Assembly: GCA_009786125.1 (NCBI GenBank) | Contig: WQTU01000139.1 | Coordinates: forward strand, 8,483 to 72,482 | Source of the DNA: Spirochaetota bacterium | GTDB lineage: Bacteria > Spirochaetota > Spirochaetia > CADAEX01 | Reading direction: 5' to 3' | DNA length: 64,000 bases | In this document: positions 1 through 9,816 of the stretch, one piece after another | Layout: every line of letters starts with the position of its first letter | Position numbering within the stretch: position 1 is the first letter of the stretch | The notes under the pieces: model-generated | Databases searched by the model: none | The model's input: the letters and a program-made list of their open reading frames with translations, nothing else | Told to the model about the DNA's origin: nothing | Made by a program: the position numbers and the translations under genes

Positions 1-457
1 CCAGATTCCATTCCGGCATTTGTGCAACTTGCTCCAGATACATTCGGGCGATATCGATGCGTTGTTGCAAATAGAAGAATTTAGCAAATTGAGCGAGGCG
101 CAAAAGAAAAAGGTCTCAGTGCGGGCGCAGTGCGCGTGGAGGTGGATAACGAATTTTGCGCCGGAAGATTTTAGGTTTTCGCTTAAATCTGCGACAGATC
201 CGGTTATAACTGTTGACGAGAACTCAGCGAAAATATTAAGAGCTTTGGCGTTAGAAGTAAAAAAGCTTGAAACCCATACAGAAACTTCTCTTGCGGAAGC
301 TATTTATAAAATAGCTCAGGATAACGGCGCAGACCCAAAAGATATTTTTAAGTTGGTGTATACTGTTCTTATTGGAAGAGAAAAAGGGCCAAGACTTGCG
401 GGGTTTATAATGACAGCAGGTAAAAATAAGATACTTCCCTTGCTGGAAAGATATTAA
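1..457 (+). CDS. Class I lysyl-tRNA synthetase-like protein, C-terminal fragment; the gene continues upstream of the window
   Basis: The frame is open from position 2. The C-terminal motif KDIFKLVYTVLIGREKGPRLAGFI resembles the tail of class I (archaeal/spirochaete-type) LysRS. This is recalled similarity only, with no alignment available. Confidence 0.5.
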   Translation, partial: QIPFRHLCNLLQIHSGDIDALLQIEEFSKLSEAQKKKVSVRAQCAWRWITNFAPEDFRFSLKSATDPVITVDENSAKILRALALEVKKLETHTETSLAEAIYKIAQDNGADPKDIFKLVYTVLIGREKGPRLAGFIMTAGKNKILPLLERY

Positions 458-509
458 CAAACAGTGCTTTTGCCAAAGGGTTTTGCCTGGCCCGGTTCCC
501 GACCGCTTT

Positions 510-3500
510 TCATCTTGATAATTCGTCGGCAATTAATTCCGCCTGTTTCAATACTGTCTCGGTTGCAAGCATCTGCATATCAGGCGGATAACCATACTGC
601 CTTAAAATTCTTTTAACAATTACTTTTAATTTTGCCCTAACACTTTCTTTTATTGTCCAATCAATAGAAGCATTTTCTTTGACCTTTTCAAAAAGAACAA
701 CCGCAAGCTCACGAAGTTTGTCCTGTTCCATTAGCTGCTTTGCGCTGTCATTATTTGCAATAGCAGTATAAAATGCGTATTCATAATCCGAAAGCCCCAT
801 CTCTTTGGGCTCTTTATCCATTTCGTGGATTTCTTTTGCCAGTCCAATAAGTTCTTCGATAACTTCAACAGCAGAAATAATTTTGTTCTGATATTTTTTG
901 ATGGAGTTTTCAAGCATTTCCATTAAGGTTTTACTTTGTATCAAGTTCTTTCTAGTGCGTGATTTTATTTCATCGTTAAGTAGTTTCTTTAATACCTCAA
1001 GGGCAATATTTTTATGCTTCATATTTTTAACTTCAAGAAGGAAATCTTCGGAAAGTATGGAAATATCAGGTTTTTTGATTCCCGCAGCATCAAAAATATC
1101 TATTACTTTTTCTGTAACAAGCGCTTTATCAATTACTTGACGAATTGTTGTTTCGATTTCTTCATCTGTTTTTCCAGAACCAAAACAATTAAACTTAACA
1201 AGCCGCGATTTAACTGCCTGAAAAAACGCGATTTCATCTTTAACATCCATTGCCTGTTCATGAGGAGTTGCTATTGAAAAAGCTTGCGATAAAGCCGTTA
1301 CTTCATCAATAAAACGTTTTTTGCCATTTTCAAGACCAAGTATGTGTTCTTCTGCAGAAAGAATATAAGATAATTTTCTTCCGGTATCTGCTTCAAAGTA
1401 TTGTTCATAAGCAAAACCATGAAACATTTGAGAAACAATTTCCAGTTTCTCCAGCATAAGCTGCACTGCTTTTTCTTGATTAACTGCCGGATCGCCTTTG
1501 CCTCCGGCATCTGAATAAAAAGAAAGCGCTTTTTTTAAGTCCGAGGCTATCCCAAGATAATCAACAATCAAACCACCTGTTTTATCTTTATACACTCGGT
1601 TAACGCGGGCAATTGCCTGCATTAAGTTGTGCCCTTTCATTGGCTTGTCAAGGTAAAGAGTGTGGAGCGAAGGCACATCAAATCCGGTAAGCCACATATC
1701 GCGAACAATTACGAGTTTTAGTTCATCCTCGGGATTTTTCATCCTGTCTGCCAAAAGCCGGCGTTGGTCTTTTGTTGTATGGTGCCTGGATATTTCCGCT
1801 CCATCCGAAGACGCAGAAGTCATAATTGTTTTGATTACGCCTTTTTTCAAGTCATCATTATGCCATTCAGGTCTTAATTCTATAATTGCTTTATAAAGTT
1901 CAGCAGCTATTCGGCGGGACATAGCAACAATCATCCCTTTCCCGTCGATTACTTCTTGGCGTTGCTCGAAATGAGCAACGATGTCTTTCGCAACTTGTTT
2001 TATCCTGTCGGCACTGCCAATGAGAGCTTCAAGCTGTGTCCACTTGGCTTTTGCCTTTTGAGTCTCGGATAAATCGTCATATACAAGCTCATCATCAAGC
2101 TCTTTTACAAGCTTTTTTCCTTTGTCACTTAACCTGATTTTCGCAAGACGGCTTTCATAATAGATTCTGACTGTAGCGCCATCAATAACAGCCTGCGCAA
2201 TATCATATACATCAACATAATTGCCAAAAACCGCTGGTGTGTTGACATCGGTGTTTTCTATAGGTGTGCCTGTAAAGCCGAGATATGTTGCATTAGGGAG
2301 CGCATCACGCATATATTTTGCAAAACCATAGACGATTTTTTTACCTATTGCATTGCCGTTTTCGTCTTTGTCATCTATTGTTTTTGCCTTAAATCCATAT
2401 TGTGTTCTGTGAGCTTCATCTGCAATAACGATAATATTGGTTCTCTCCGAAAGTTTTTCGTAAACATTTCCTTCCTCGGGCTGAAACTTCTGAATTGTTG
2501 TAAAAACAATCCCGCCGGATGCAACTCTCAATAACTTTTTTAAATGTTCCCGATCTTCTGCCTGAACAGGTTCTTGCCTAAGCAATTGCCTGGAAGCAGC
2601 AAAAGTATCAAATAGCTGGTCATCAAGGTCATTGCGGTCGGTGATTACAAGAATAGTTGGATTGTCCATAGCAAGAACAATCTTTCCGGCATAAAACACC
2701 ATTGAAAGTGATTTCCCCGAACCTTGGGTATGCCAGACAACGCCGCCTTTTTTATCGCCAACAGGCTGAGATTTTACGCCCGACAAGCCATATTTTTCCG
2801 GCGATTCCCCGACCTCTTCTGCGCCAAAAGAATCTGCTGGCTTTTTAACATAACCAGATGCACGTAACGTTGATTCAACAGCTCTGTTTACAGCATAATA
2901 CTGATGATACGCTGCCAGTTTTTTTACAGTCTGAATTGTTATAATACCTGTTTCTTTATCTTCTTTTTTGGATTTTTCAAAAACAATAAAATGGCGAATT
3001 AAATCCAGTACTGTTTTTTTGTTTAACATTCCGCAAATTAGTGTTTCCAGTTGACCAATGAGCGCAGATGCTTCATTCTTACCATCAGAAGTTTTCCACG
3101 CCATAAAACGGCTGAATCCGGCAGAGATCGTACCTGCTTTTGCTTCAAGCCCATCTGAAATAATTAAAAACCCATTGTACGTAAAAAGAGAAGGGATTGC
3201 TTGTTTATATGTTTCCAATTGAAGAAATGCCGAACGCACAGTAGCATTTTCATCAATTGGGTTTTTAAGCTCCATTACAGTAAGAGGCAAACCATTGATG
3301 AATAAAATTACATCGGGCCGTTTGTTAACATGATTTTCTATAATTGTGTATTGATTTAAAACAACAAAATCATTATTTTCCGGCTCATCAAAATCCATGA
3401 GCCAAACCAAATCGCCTCGGCTGCTTCCGGCTTTTTGATAAGTAACGCTAATGCCCTCGGTTAACATCCTGTGGAAAACTTCGTTATTTGCAACCAAATC

Positions 3501-3740
3501 AATCGAGTTAAGACGCTGAATCTGTTTTATTGCATCTTCCTGCGCATCTGTTGGTATTGTTGGATTTATTCTAGAAACAGCGGCTTTTAATTTTTCAAGC
3601 AAGATAATTTCTTCAAAGGAAGAACGCTGCGCTGTTTCGCTGTCCGGAGCAATATCAGGACCATATATATACTCATAGCCCTGTTTTTCGAGAAGCCTTA
3701 TCGCGAATTCTTCAATACCGGATTCAGTGATTTTATTCAT
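510..3740 (-). CDS. hsdR: Type I restriction enzyme R subunit HsdR
   Basis: 1076 aa. Helicase motifs are present: VWHTQGSGKSLSMVF (Walker A/motif I) and IVIADEAHRTQ (DEAH). Length and C-terminal region are typical of HsdR. It lies in a locus with hsdM and hsdS. Confidence 0.9.
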   Translation of the reverse strand: MNKITESGIEEFAIRLLEKQGYEYIYGPDIAPDSETAQRSSFEEIILLEKLKAAVSRINPTIPTDAQEDAIKQIQRLNSIDLVANNEVFHRMLTEGISVTYQKAGSSRGDLVWLMDFDEPENNDFVVLNQYTIIENHVNKRPDVILFINGLPLTVMELKNPIDENATVRSAFLQLETYKQAIPSLFTYNGFLIISDGLEAKAGTISAGFSRFMAWKTSDGKNEASALIGQLETLICGMLNKKTVLDLIRHFIVFEKSKKEDKETGIITIQTVKKLAAYHQYYAVNRAVESTLRASGYVKKPADSFGAEEVGESPEKYGLSGVKSQPVGDKKGGVVWHTQGSGKSLSMVFYAGKIVLAMDNPTILVITDRNDLDDQLFDTFAASRQLLRQEPVQAEDREHLKKLLRVASGGIVFTTIQKFQPEEGNVYEKLSERTNIIVIADEAHRTQYGFKAKTIDDKDENGNAIGKKIVYGFAKYMRDALPNATYLGFTGTPIENTDVNTPAVFGNYVDVYDIAQAVIDGATVRIYYESRLAKIRLSDKGKKLVKELDDELVYDDLSETQKAKAKWTQLEALIGSADRIKQVAKDIVAHFEQRQEVIDGKGMIVAMSRRIAAELYKAIIELRPEWHNDDLKKGVIKTIMTSASSDGAEISRHHTTKDQRRLLADRMKNPEDELKLVIVRDMWLTGFDVPSLHTLYLDKPMKGHNLMQAIARVNRVYKDKTGGLIVDYLGIASDLKKALSFYSDAGGKGDPAVNQEKAVQLMLEKLEIVSQMFHGFAYEQYFEADTGRKLSYILSAEEHILGLENGKKRFIDEVTALSQAFSIATPHEQAMDVKDEIAFFQAVKSRLVKFNCFGSGKTDEEIETTIRQVIDKALVTEKVIDIFDAAGIKKPDISILSEDFLLEVKNMKHKNIALEVLKKLLNDEIKSRTRKNLIQSKTLMEMLENSIKKYQNKIISAVEVIEELIGLAKEIHEMDKEPKEMGLSDYEYAFYTAIANNDSAKQLMEQDKLRELAVVLFEKVKENASIDWTIKESVRAKLKVIVKRILRQYGYPPDMQMLATETVLKQAELIADELSR

Positions 3741-3746
3741 TAAAAA

Positions 3747-4028
3747 TTATACCAACTCGAAGCGCAATTTTTTTCCTAAAACATGAGCTGCTTTTTTTAA
3801 GGTTAAAAGAGTAATCGACTCATTTTCAGGATCAAGAAGCCGGTTTACTGCAGCACGAGAAGTATCAAGCCGCGCTGCTAAATCGGTCTTTGATAAATGC
3901 TCTTTTTTAATTGCCTCATGCAATTGATATGCAATAATTTTTTTTATAGCTCCGGCTTCTACTTCCTCGCTGATATTTTCTTTAGCCAGAAAGTCATCAA
4001 ATGAACTGCCGATAGTTTTATTTTTCAT
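3747..4028 (-). CDS. higA: HigA-like antitoxin (XRE-family HTH)
   Basis: The HTH segment LSKTDLAARLDTSRAAVNRLL is present. I placed the start at the internal Met (MKNKTIG), which is preceded by GGAGG and lies 2 nt after the toxin stop. The track's longer ORF would overlap the toxin. Confidence 0.7.
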   Translation of the reverse strand: MKNKTIGSSFDDFLAKENISEEVEAGAIKKIIAYQLHEAIKKEHLSKTDLAARLDTSRAAVNRLLDPENESITLLTLKKAAHVLGKKLRFELV

Positions 4029-4030
4029 CT

Positions 4031-4393
4031 TTATACTCCTCCTGAAAATACTAAATCCCGCCGTTTTTTCGCAAGATCTAAGTCTTGTTTTGGTGTTTTT
4101 TGACTCTTTTTTATGATGCTGTGCAATAAAATCATATATTTTTTCCAAAATGTAAAAAAAATCCGGCATATCCCATCACGTAAATCAACTCTGACTTCCC
4201 ATAAATCTTTATCCAGTTTAGTAACTCGCGGATATCCAATTGGCCATAAATACTCAACCGCTTTGATCTCTTCTCCTATGATCTTTTTTTCCTCTTGTGT
4301 CCGATGCTTGAGCCAATCCCTTACCGGCTCATTTCCTGCCGAAGTTTTAAAGAAATACACTGTTAATGCTTTTTCTGCGCTTTTATAAGGCAT
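4031..4393 (-). CDS. higB: HigB/Gp49-family (RelE/ParE superfamily) toxin
   Basis: Recalled similarity to phage Gp49-like/HigB toxins: ...WEVRVDLRDGICRIFFTFWKKYMILLHSIIKKSQKTPKQDLDLAKKR. The toxin lies upstream of the antitoxin, as in higBA. Confidence 0.7.
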   Translation of the reverse strand: MPYKSAEKALTVYFFKTSAGNEPVRDWLKHRTQEEKKIIGEEIKAVEYLWPIGYPRVTKLDKDLWEVRVDLRDGICRIFFTFWKKYMILLHSIIKKSQKTPKQDLDLAKKRRDLVFSGGV

Positions 4394-4545
4394 ATTTAAA
4401 GCGTATCAAAATTGATACAACATGTCAAGCGATTATTTATAATCCCATATAAAACCTTTCACTGCGGATTTATAAGTTCCTTATCTGACATGGAAAAATC
4501 TTCGGCGAATTTTACTGTTGCTTTTCCCTTTAAAGTACCCAGTTC

Positions 4546-4640
4546 TCTTTTTTTGATTTTTTCCAGCAAGATTATTTCTTCAAAAGAAGAATGCTACGGT
4601 GTTTCGCTGTCCGAAGCAATGTCGGGACTATATATGTACT
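4546..4640 (-). pseudogene. Degenerate duplicate of the hsdR 5-prime end (remnant fragment with an in-frame stop)
   Basis: About 85% nucleotide identity to 3589-3672, which encodes HsdR residues ~24-55 (..FEEIILLEKL..). The fragment lacks a start and contains a TAA in frame. Confidence 0.7.
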
Positions 4641-4702
4641 AGTTCGATGGCAAAGGTTTCTATGAGGGGTGGTGGTCATTGTTCAAATATTATGACATAA
4701 GT

Positions 4703-5830
4703 TCAAAATTTATGATATGAGGAATAATATGTAATTCCGTCTATTACTGATCTTTCGGTGTCTTCAACAACAAATCCAACACTATATTTTGCCCTTGTTA
4801 TAGCTACATAAAACTTGGAACGACTTGTGTCTTTCAACTCTGATTGTTTGTTTTTTAACCACTTAAGCATTGGGGCAGTTGGGTATATAAGAATTCTATC
4901 AAAAGAAAGCCCCTTTGATTCCCCAAAGTTCATTACACGATGATTTTCACTTACAGTAGTTCTTCTACTGTCGCGTAATTGCAACGGTTCGTATTGATGT
5001 AAATATTTTTCGACATCTTTCTTTTTTACAAAAAATATTCCATCGTGGTCGGTTGTTCTATTATTTCCCGAAGTTGTTTTCTGCATTGTAGGAAACAGTT
5101 TATTTGACAATTCACAGATTGGTTTTATACATCTGTAATTAACTATGAGCATGGTATCATCTTTTGTTAACTTTTTTTCCTTATCTGTAAAAAAGTTAAC
5201 AATTTTGGCTTTTTTGAATTGTTTGTTTTTTGGTGCGCTATTGGTAGAATAAGTTCCTTGCCGAGGATCACCAACTAACAAAACATTTGAATTGCAATCA
5301 AACAACAATTTTAATAACTCTAAATCGTAACCCGCTAAATCTTGTACTTCGTCAATAAAAACATGTGCATATATTCTTGAAATTCTATCAATAACACTTC
5401 CTTTTGTTTTTTCATTGCAGCGAAATACAAATTTTGAAAGTTTGTCAGAGTAGATTTTTAGTTGATTAGAGAAATAATGTTTTTCAAAATCTTTTTCTTC
5501 CCCAAAATAGATAGGTTGCCCATTTCTCACATAACCTTTTATGCCTGACTGGCTATTTACTAAAATAAGCCCTTTGATTTTCTTATCAAGCAAAATTCCC
5601 TGAAATGGTCTTGCACCATGTTTCAATAGAAATGAAAACCAAGTTTGAACAGTAATATTTTCAGGAATACATTTGTTTAATTCAATAATTTTCGTTTTAA
5701 TTTCAGCCTCATTTGCTTGCGTATAAGTTGTAATCAGCACTTTTTCGTCTTTTATATTTAGTGCTTCATTTACAATGAGACTGGTTTTACCTGAACCCGC
5801 TGCTGCGATTATGAGTTTGTTATTTTTCAT
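4703..5830 (-). CDS. gajB: UvrD-like helicase, Gabija GajB-like
   Basis: Walker A AAAGSGKTS, motif II VFIDEVQDLAGYDL and motif VI-like YVAITRAKYSV are present. It overlaps the upstream OLD-like gene by 11 nt. Confidence 0.6.
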   Translation of the reverse strand: MKNNKLIIAAAGSGKTSLIVNEALNIKDEKVLITTYTQANEAEIKTKIIELNKCIPENITVQTWFSFLLKHGARPFQGILLDKKIKGLILVNSQSGIKGYVRNGQPIYFGEEKDFEKHYFSNQLKIYSDKLSKFVFRCNEKTKGSVIDRISRIYAHVFIDEVQDLAGYDLELLKLLFDCNSNVLLVGDPRQGTYSTNSAPKNKQFKKAKIVNFFTDKEKKLTKDDTMLIVNYRCIKPICELSNKLFPTMQKTTSGNNRTTDHDGIFFVKKKDVEKYLHQYEPLQLRDSRRTTVSENHRVMNFGESKGLSFDRILIYPTAPMLKWLKNKQSELKDTSRSKFYVAITRAKYSVGFVVEDTERSVIDGITYYSSYHKF

Positions 5831-7445
5831 TGCACCAATTGATTACATTGTCAATATAGGCAGGATATCTTATTTGCTTGTCTGAATTGAATATTTTTAA
5901 AGCAGAATTTGTTTTATTGTCTTGCATATATTTGGAAATCTTATCTGCAGTACTGTATTTGCTGTTTTGAATTTCTAAAACCTCACATAAAACAGCAAGT
6001 TTTTTATTGTTTGCATCAACAATTTGAGGCTCTAATGTATCCAGACTGTTGCGATTATCGGCGAAAATTTTGACTACTACAGAATCTTTATATAAGTCAT
6101 ATTTTTTCGTGATTTTGTTTTCGTAATCACCATCATTATCTGTAACTACCGCAACTTGTTTTTGAATTTTTTCCGCAATTTCCAAAAACCGTAAAAATGA
6201 TGTTCTAACCGAAATAACATCAACTCCGTCTTCTATTGGTAATTTCCCATTTTTTACTTGATACGCCTTTTGTACAATCAATTCATCTGAATCACCCTCT
6301 ACCAAGATTGCCTTTTTACATAAAATCAAGCGCAATGTATCATAACCTGATAATTTTTTGAAAAAATTAAAAGTATCATATGGCAAGTCATTTAGCTTGA
6401 TAGTTTGCTTATCATTAAGTAAAATTAAATTCTCTAATCCTAATTTGTTGGAAACAAAACTATTATGAGTAGAGATTAGTATTTGTTTATCGCTGTGGTC
6501 TTGGGTAATATCTTCTATCAATTGGTTAAGTTTTGTATGCGACAAATGGTTTTCGGGCTCTTCAAGCAAAATGATATTTGCTTCTTTTGCTTTTTTATGT
6601 CTTAATGCTAATTTCGTTTTGATTATACACTGCTCACCTTTACCAATATTCTGAAACGGAATTTCTTCTATACAAGTAATTAAACTATTTTCCCAAGCAT
6701 TTTTTGAAGATAGTTCAACCGATAATTCTACTTTTTTATCAGAGATTTTTGATGCATTTTTAATTTTTTCATTGATTGCTTGAATTGCCTCATGCTCAAC
6801 AAAAGTGTCTCTCATTTGTCGGTGGGCTTGTGAAACTTTTACAATTTCTTCTGATTCTAAAAAATCTTTCACTATGCGAGAAATGTAAATATCAGAACCA
6901 TTTTGTAGTTTATTGCTTGCAGAGTCAATCAAGGCAGACTTTATAGGGATTGTCCTAGTGGTAATATTTTCATCTCTCGCGAAACTTGACAATAAAACAT
7001 TATAGTATTCAATTGGAAGAGTTTTTATCCCGCCGATTTTTACTAACTCTTCATACTCCTTCTGATATTTTTCATCAAAAGCGATTTTCAATGAGATACC
7101 TGAAGATTTGGTCTTTTGACTATTGCCGTCTCCTTCAAACTCTGCTAAGTCTTCACCGTCCATATAAATTTCGATTAAAATATGTGGTAAAGATTTATTT
7201 TCTTTATCAGGTTCTAAACTCTGTATGTATTCTGCAACTACCTCATTATTAAATATATATTGAGTAAGTTCATTTTTTAGATATTTTGCGTTGTACAATC
7301 CTGTCAAAGCAAGGTGTATAGCTTCAATAATTGTAGATTTCCCTGATTCATTATTGCCAACAAGAATATTAACACCTTTATTCAAAACCAAATCAAAACT
7401 TTTGAAAATCTTGAAATTTTCAATATGTATTTTGTTAATATTCAT
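5820..7445 (-). CDS. gajA: OLD-family ATP-dependent endonuclease (ABC-type ATPase N-term + Toprim C-term), Gabija GajA-like
   Basis: N-terminus VGNNESGKSTIIEAIHLALTG is P-loop. C-terminus AILVEGDSDELIV ... VVTDNDGD is Toprim (E/DxD). The ATGA overlap with the hsdS stop gives translational coupling. Confidence 0.7.
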   Translation of the reverse strand: MNINKIHIENFKIFKSFDLVLNKGVNILVGNNESGKSTIIEAIHLALTGLYNAKYLKNELTQYIFNNEVVAEYIQSLEPDKENKSLPHILIEIYMDGEDLAEFEGDGNSQKTKSSGISLKIAFDEKYQKEYEELVKIGGIKTLPIEYYNVLLSSFARDENITTRTIPIKSALIDSASNKLQNGSDIYISRIVKDFLESEEIVKVSQAHRQMRDTFVEHEAIQAINEKIKNASKISDKKVELSVELSSKNAWENSLITCIEEIPFQNIGKGEQCIIKTKLALRHKKAKEANIILLEEPENHLSHTKLNQLIEDITQDHSDKQILISTHNSFVSNKLGLENLILLNDKQTIKLNDLPYDTFNFFKKLSGYDTLRLILCKKAILVEGDSDELIVQKAYQVKNGKLPIEDGVDVISVRTSFLRFLEIAEKIQKQVAVVTDNDGDYENKITKKYDLYKDSVVVKIFADNRNSLDTLEPQIVDANNKKLAVLCEVLEIQNSKYSTADKISKYMQDNKTNSALKIFNSDKQIRYPAYIDNVINWCNEK

Positions 7446-8542
7446 GCTCCCACCCTCACTTCCCCACTCATAAGCTTAGGCAAGAGAGTATCGCGGAGTT
7501 TTTCGAGAGTGTGGATTTGTATATTATTGTGTTCTATTTTTTCAAAAATTGAATCTGTAATATTTTCAAATTTTTTCAAATACTCCTCTGGTGGCTTTAT
7601 CAAAGGTAAGTTGTTTAATACTTCAGTTGTCATGCTTGGCACAGCCGAGCCAACATTCATGGAAACTAAATCCAGGTTTTTTACAAAAAAATAAATAAAT
7701 TTGGCAATGTGTGGCTGTTTCATTATTGTATAAAACATGGTATCAACAGTCCAAAACGGTTTGTTTATATAAAAGACATTTCCAAGTGTTCCTTTTCTCG
7801 GTATCAAAACTGATTCTTTATTGTAAAGAGCAGTTTCAGCAAAACGCATAATCCCACCCGATCCATAAACAGGGATGTTGCCATCAAAAAGATGTTTGTG
7901 GTCTTTACCATATTTTATATCAACAAAATAACTGAGAGAAACTTCTCCCCAAACATCCTGCGCTTCTTCTACAAACCACTGGCGGAACAGGGTTTCTGCC
8001 ATGGCTTCAAGTGTTTTGTTCTGGCGATGCAAAAGGTCTATTTTGTCGTCTAAGTTGGAAAGCACCTCGGCAATGGCGCGTTGTTCGGGGAGAGGGGGAA
8101 GGAGGAAAGTATGATTTTTAACAACATCCATTTCCACGCGTTGACGACCAGAACTACCCGTCATTGCAAGAATAGCTACATCACGAAATTCCGGAGAAAT
8201 GGAAAAATAGTATAAATAATGTTTATCGCTTAAATCTGCTTTTTCTCTTAAAACTATATATTCTGTTGAGCCAAAACCTATTTCTCCTGAATCTAAAACA
8301 TCAACATAAGCGGTCTTACCATTTTCCAAGCAAGGAGTTATTCTAGCTATAATAGTATCACCATTTCTGAATTTCGTGCCCCCATTAAAAGGTTCAATAG
8401 AAAATCCAGAAACCTTTTTTGTAAACGGCTTTAAGCATTCCATAGCAATCTTTTTAGCTGCCAGACCTTTCGCTATGGACTCAGCTGGATTTATTAATGC
8501 AATATCCTCTAGTTTATATTCCTGCCACTCACTCATCACCAC
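7442..8542 (-). CDS. hsdS: Type I restriction-modification specificity subunit HsdS
   Basis: Conserved HsdS central/C-terminal helix LPPLPEQRAIAEVLSNLDDKIDLLHRQNKTLEAMAETLFRQWF is present. It sits between hsdM and hsdR. Confidence 0.85.
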   Translation of the reverse strand: MVMSEWQEYKLEDIALINPAESIAKGLAAKKIAMECLKPFTKKVSGFSIEPFNGGTKFRNGDTIIARITPCLENGKTAYVDVLDSGEIGFGSTEYIVLREKADLSDKHYLYYFSISPEFRDVAILAMTGSSGRQRVEMDVVKNHTFLLPPLPEQRAIAEVLSNLDDKIDLLHRQNKTLEAMAETLFRQWFVEEAQDVWGEVSLSYFVDIKYGKDHKHLFDGNIPVYGSGGIMRFAETALYNKESVLIPRKGTLGNVFYINKPFWTVDTMFYTIMKQPHIAKFIYFFVKNLDLVSMNVGSAVPSMTTEVLNNLPLIKPPEEYLKKFENITDSIFEKIEHNNIQIHTLEKLRDTLLPKLMSGEVRVGA

Positions 8543-8714
8543 CGCCTCCTCCGGCTTTCAGCTTTTTTTGCATTTCGCGCAAAGCATCTAAATATGCTTT
8601 TTCTACATCAGTTAAATCATCCAAAAAAGCAATTTGCATATTTTGCACATTGCTTTTTCCGCCAAGTTTAATTGCGTCAACATTGCTGACACAATTTGGT
8701 ATCTGATTACTCAT
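8529..8714 (-). CDS. Small hypothetical protein (61 aa, Gly-rich C-terminus)
   Basis: ORF only. It is tightly packed between RhuM and hsdS (3-nt gap upstream, 14-nt overlap downstream). Confidence 0.25.
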   Translation of the reverse strand: MSNQIPNCVSNVDAIKLGGKSNVQNMQIAFLDDLTDVEKAYLDALREMQKKLKAGGGGGDE

Positions 8715-8717
8715 TTG

Positions 8718-9788
8718 TTAGCCCCCATCTCCGGCTTTTCCTTGTTTTTTCTTCCTCTTCTGCGTCTCTTCTGTCTTGGTCTCAAGTTCAATAAATCTAT
8801 CAAAATCACTTTTGAATAGTTTGTCCTGTACAATGCGATATTTTTCAAATTCGGTTTCTGCATGTTTTTGGGCAATTTCTGCGGAGACCTTTCCGGCATC
8901 ACTTAAAATTTCACGGTCTGTTGCCGCAATGAAGCGGTTAAGCCGGGTTTCCCAATCACTCATAGTCATGGGAATACGCCGAATAGCCATATCTTCTGCA
9001 ATATCCAGATAGGCGTTAACAAGTCGTTCAAGTTGCTTCATTTCAAATTCAGTTAAGTAATTTTTAGCAACAACAACATCGTATTTTTGGATTTTTCCTT
9101 TTGGAGCGTCATTCCAAGAAGTTAAACCCATGTGCTGTTTTTCGGAATTGGCGCGTTCGATAATTAATTCCGCGGCTGTATGACCATGAATAGCCCAGTG
9201 AAGTTTATTTTGCACAGTAGCAAAAAAACGTTTGGTCGCAGCGGCAGTTACATCATAATCAACGGAAGTAGCATAAATATCAGTAATTTTCTGATAGAAT
9301 TTTCGTTCGCTTAGGCGTATTTCTCGGATACGTGCCAGTTGTTCTTCAAAATACTTGTTTGTTAATATGCTGCCGGATTTCAGACGTTCATCGTCCATGA
9401 CGTAGGCTTTAATCGTAAATTCTTCAATTATGTTTGTTGCCCATTTGCGAAATTGAACAGCTCGTTCAGAGTTTACTTTGTAGCCGACAGCAATTATGGC
9501 TTTTAAGTTGTAATGCTTTGTATCATAAGTTTTGCCATCTGAAGCAGTTATCCGGAAATTCCGGATAACTGCTTTTTCGTCCAATTCACTATCAGCAAAT
9601 ATTTTTTTTAAGTGTTCGTTAATAGTACGAACATTTACATCATAAAGCACAGCCATCATCTTTTGCGACAGCCATACGTTTTCGTCAGCATATATTGCCT
9701 CAACTCCATCTTTGCCGCTTGCAGCAATAAAAGTTAAATATTCTGCAGCAGAACTGCGGATAGTGATTTCTTTTTTTGGGGATTTCAT
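8718..9788 (-). CDS. RhuM-family (virulence protein RhuM) DNA-binding protein
   Basis: The sequence IRNFRITASDGKTYDTKHYNLKAIIAVGYKVNSERAVQFRKWATNII matches the RhuM family, which is commonly embedded in type I R-M loci. Confidence 0.75.
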   Translation of the reverse strand: MKSPKKEITIRSSAAEYLTFIAASGKDGVEAIYADENVWLSQKMMAVLYDVNVRTINEHLKKIFADSELDEKAVIRNFRITASDGKTYDTKHYNLKAIIAVGYKVNSERAVQFRKWATNIIEEFTIKAYVMDDERLKSGSILTNKYFEEQLARIREIRLSERKFYQKITDIYATSVDYDVTAAATKRFFATVQNKLHWAIHGHTAAELIIERANSEKQHMGLTSWNDAPKGKIQKYDVVVAKNYLTEFEMKQLERLVNAYLDIAEDMAIRRIPMTMSDWETRLNRFIAATDREILSDAGKVSAEIAQKHAETEFEKYRIVQDKLFKSDFDRFIELETKTEETQKRKKKQGKAGDGG

Positions 9789-9816
9789 AGATTCACCTTT
9801 AATTTATTCCACTCAC

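Noticed and set aside
898-1896. Plus-strand ORFs (80, 87, 78 aa) and other small ORFs antisense to hsdR, hsdM, the FtsK-like gene, yitJ etc. (for example 10852-11100, 16229-16471, 30115-31695)
   Set aside because: They are antisense to long, well-supported genes with recognisable motifs, and their compositionally biased translations have no motifs. They are treated as spurious.
3747-4169. Using the full 140-aa track ORF for the antitoxin (overlapping 139 nt of the toxin gene)
   Set aside because: An internal Met with a GGAGG RBS 2 nt after the toxin stop gives a canonical ~93-aa HTH antitoxin. The upstream extension lies inside the toxin coding region.
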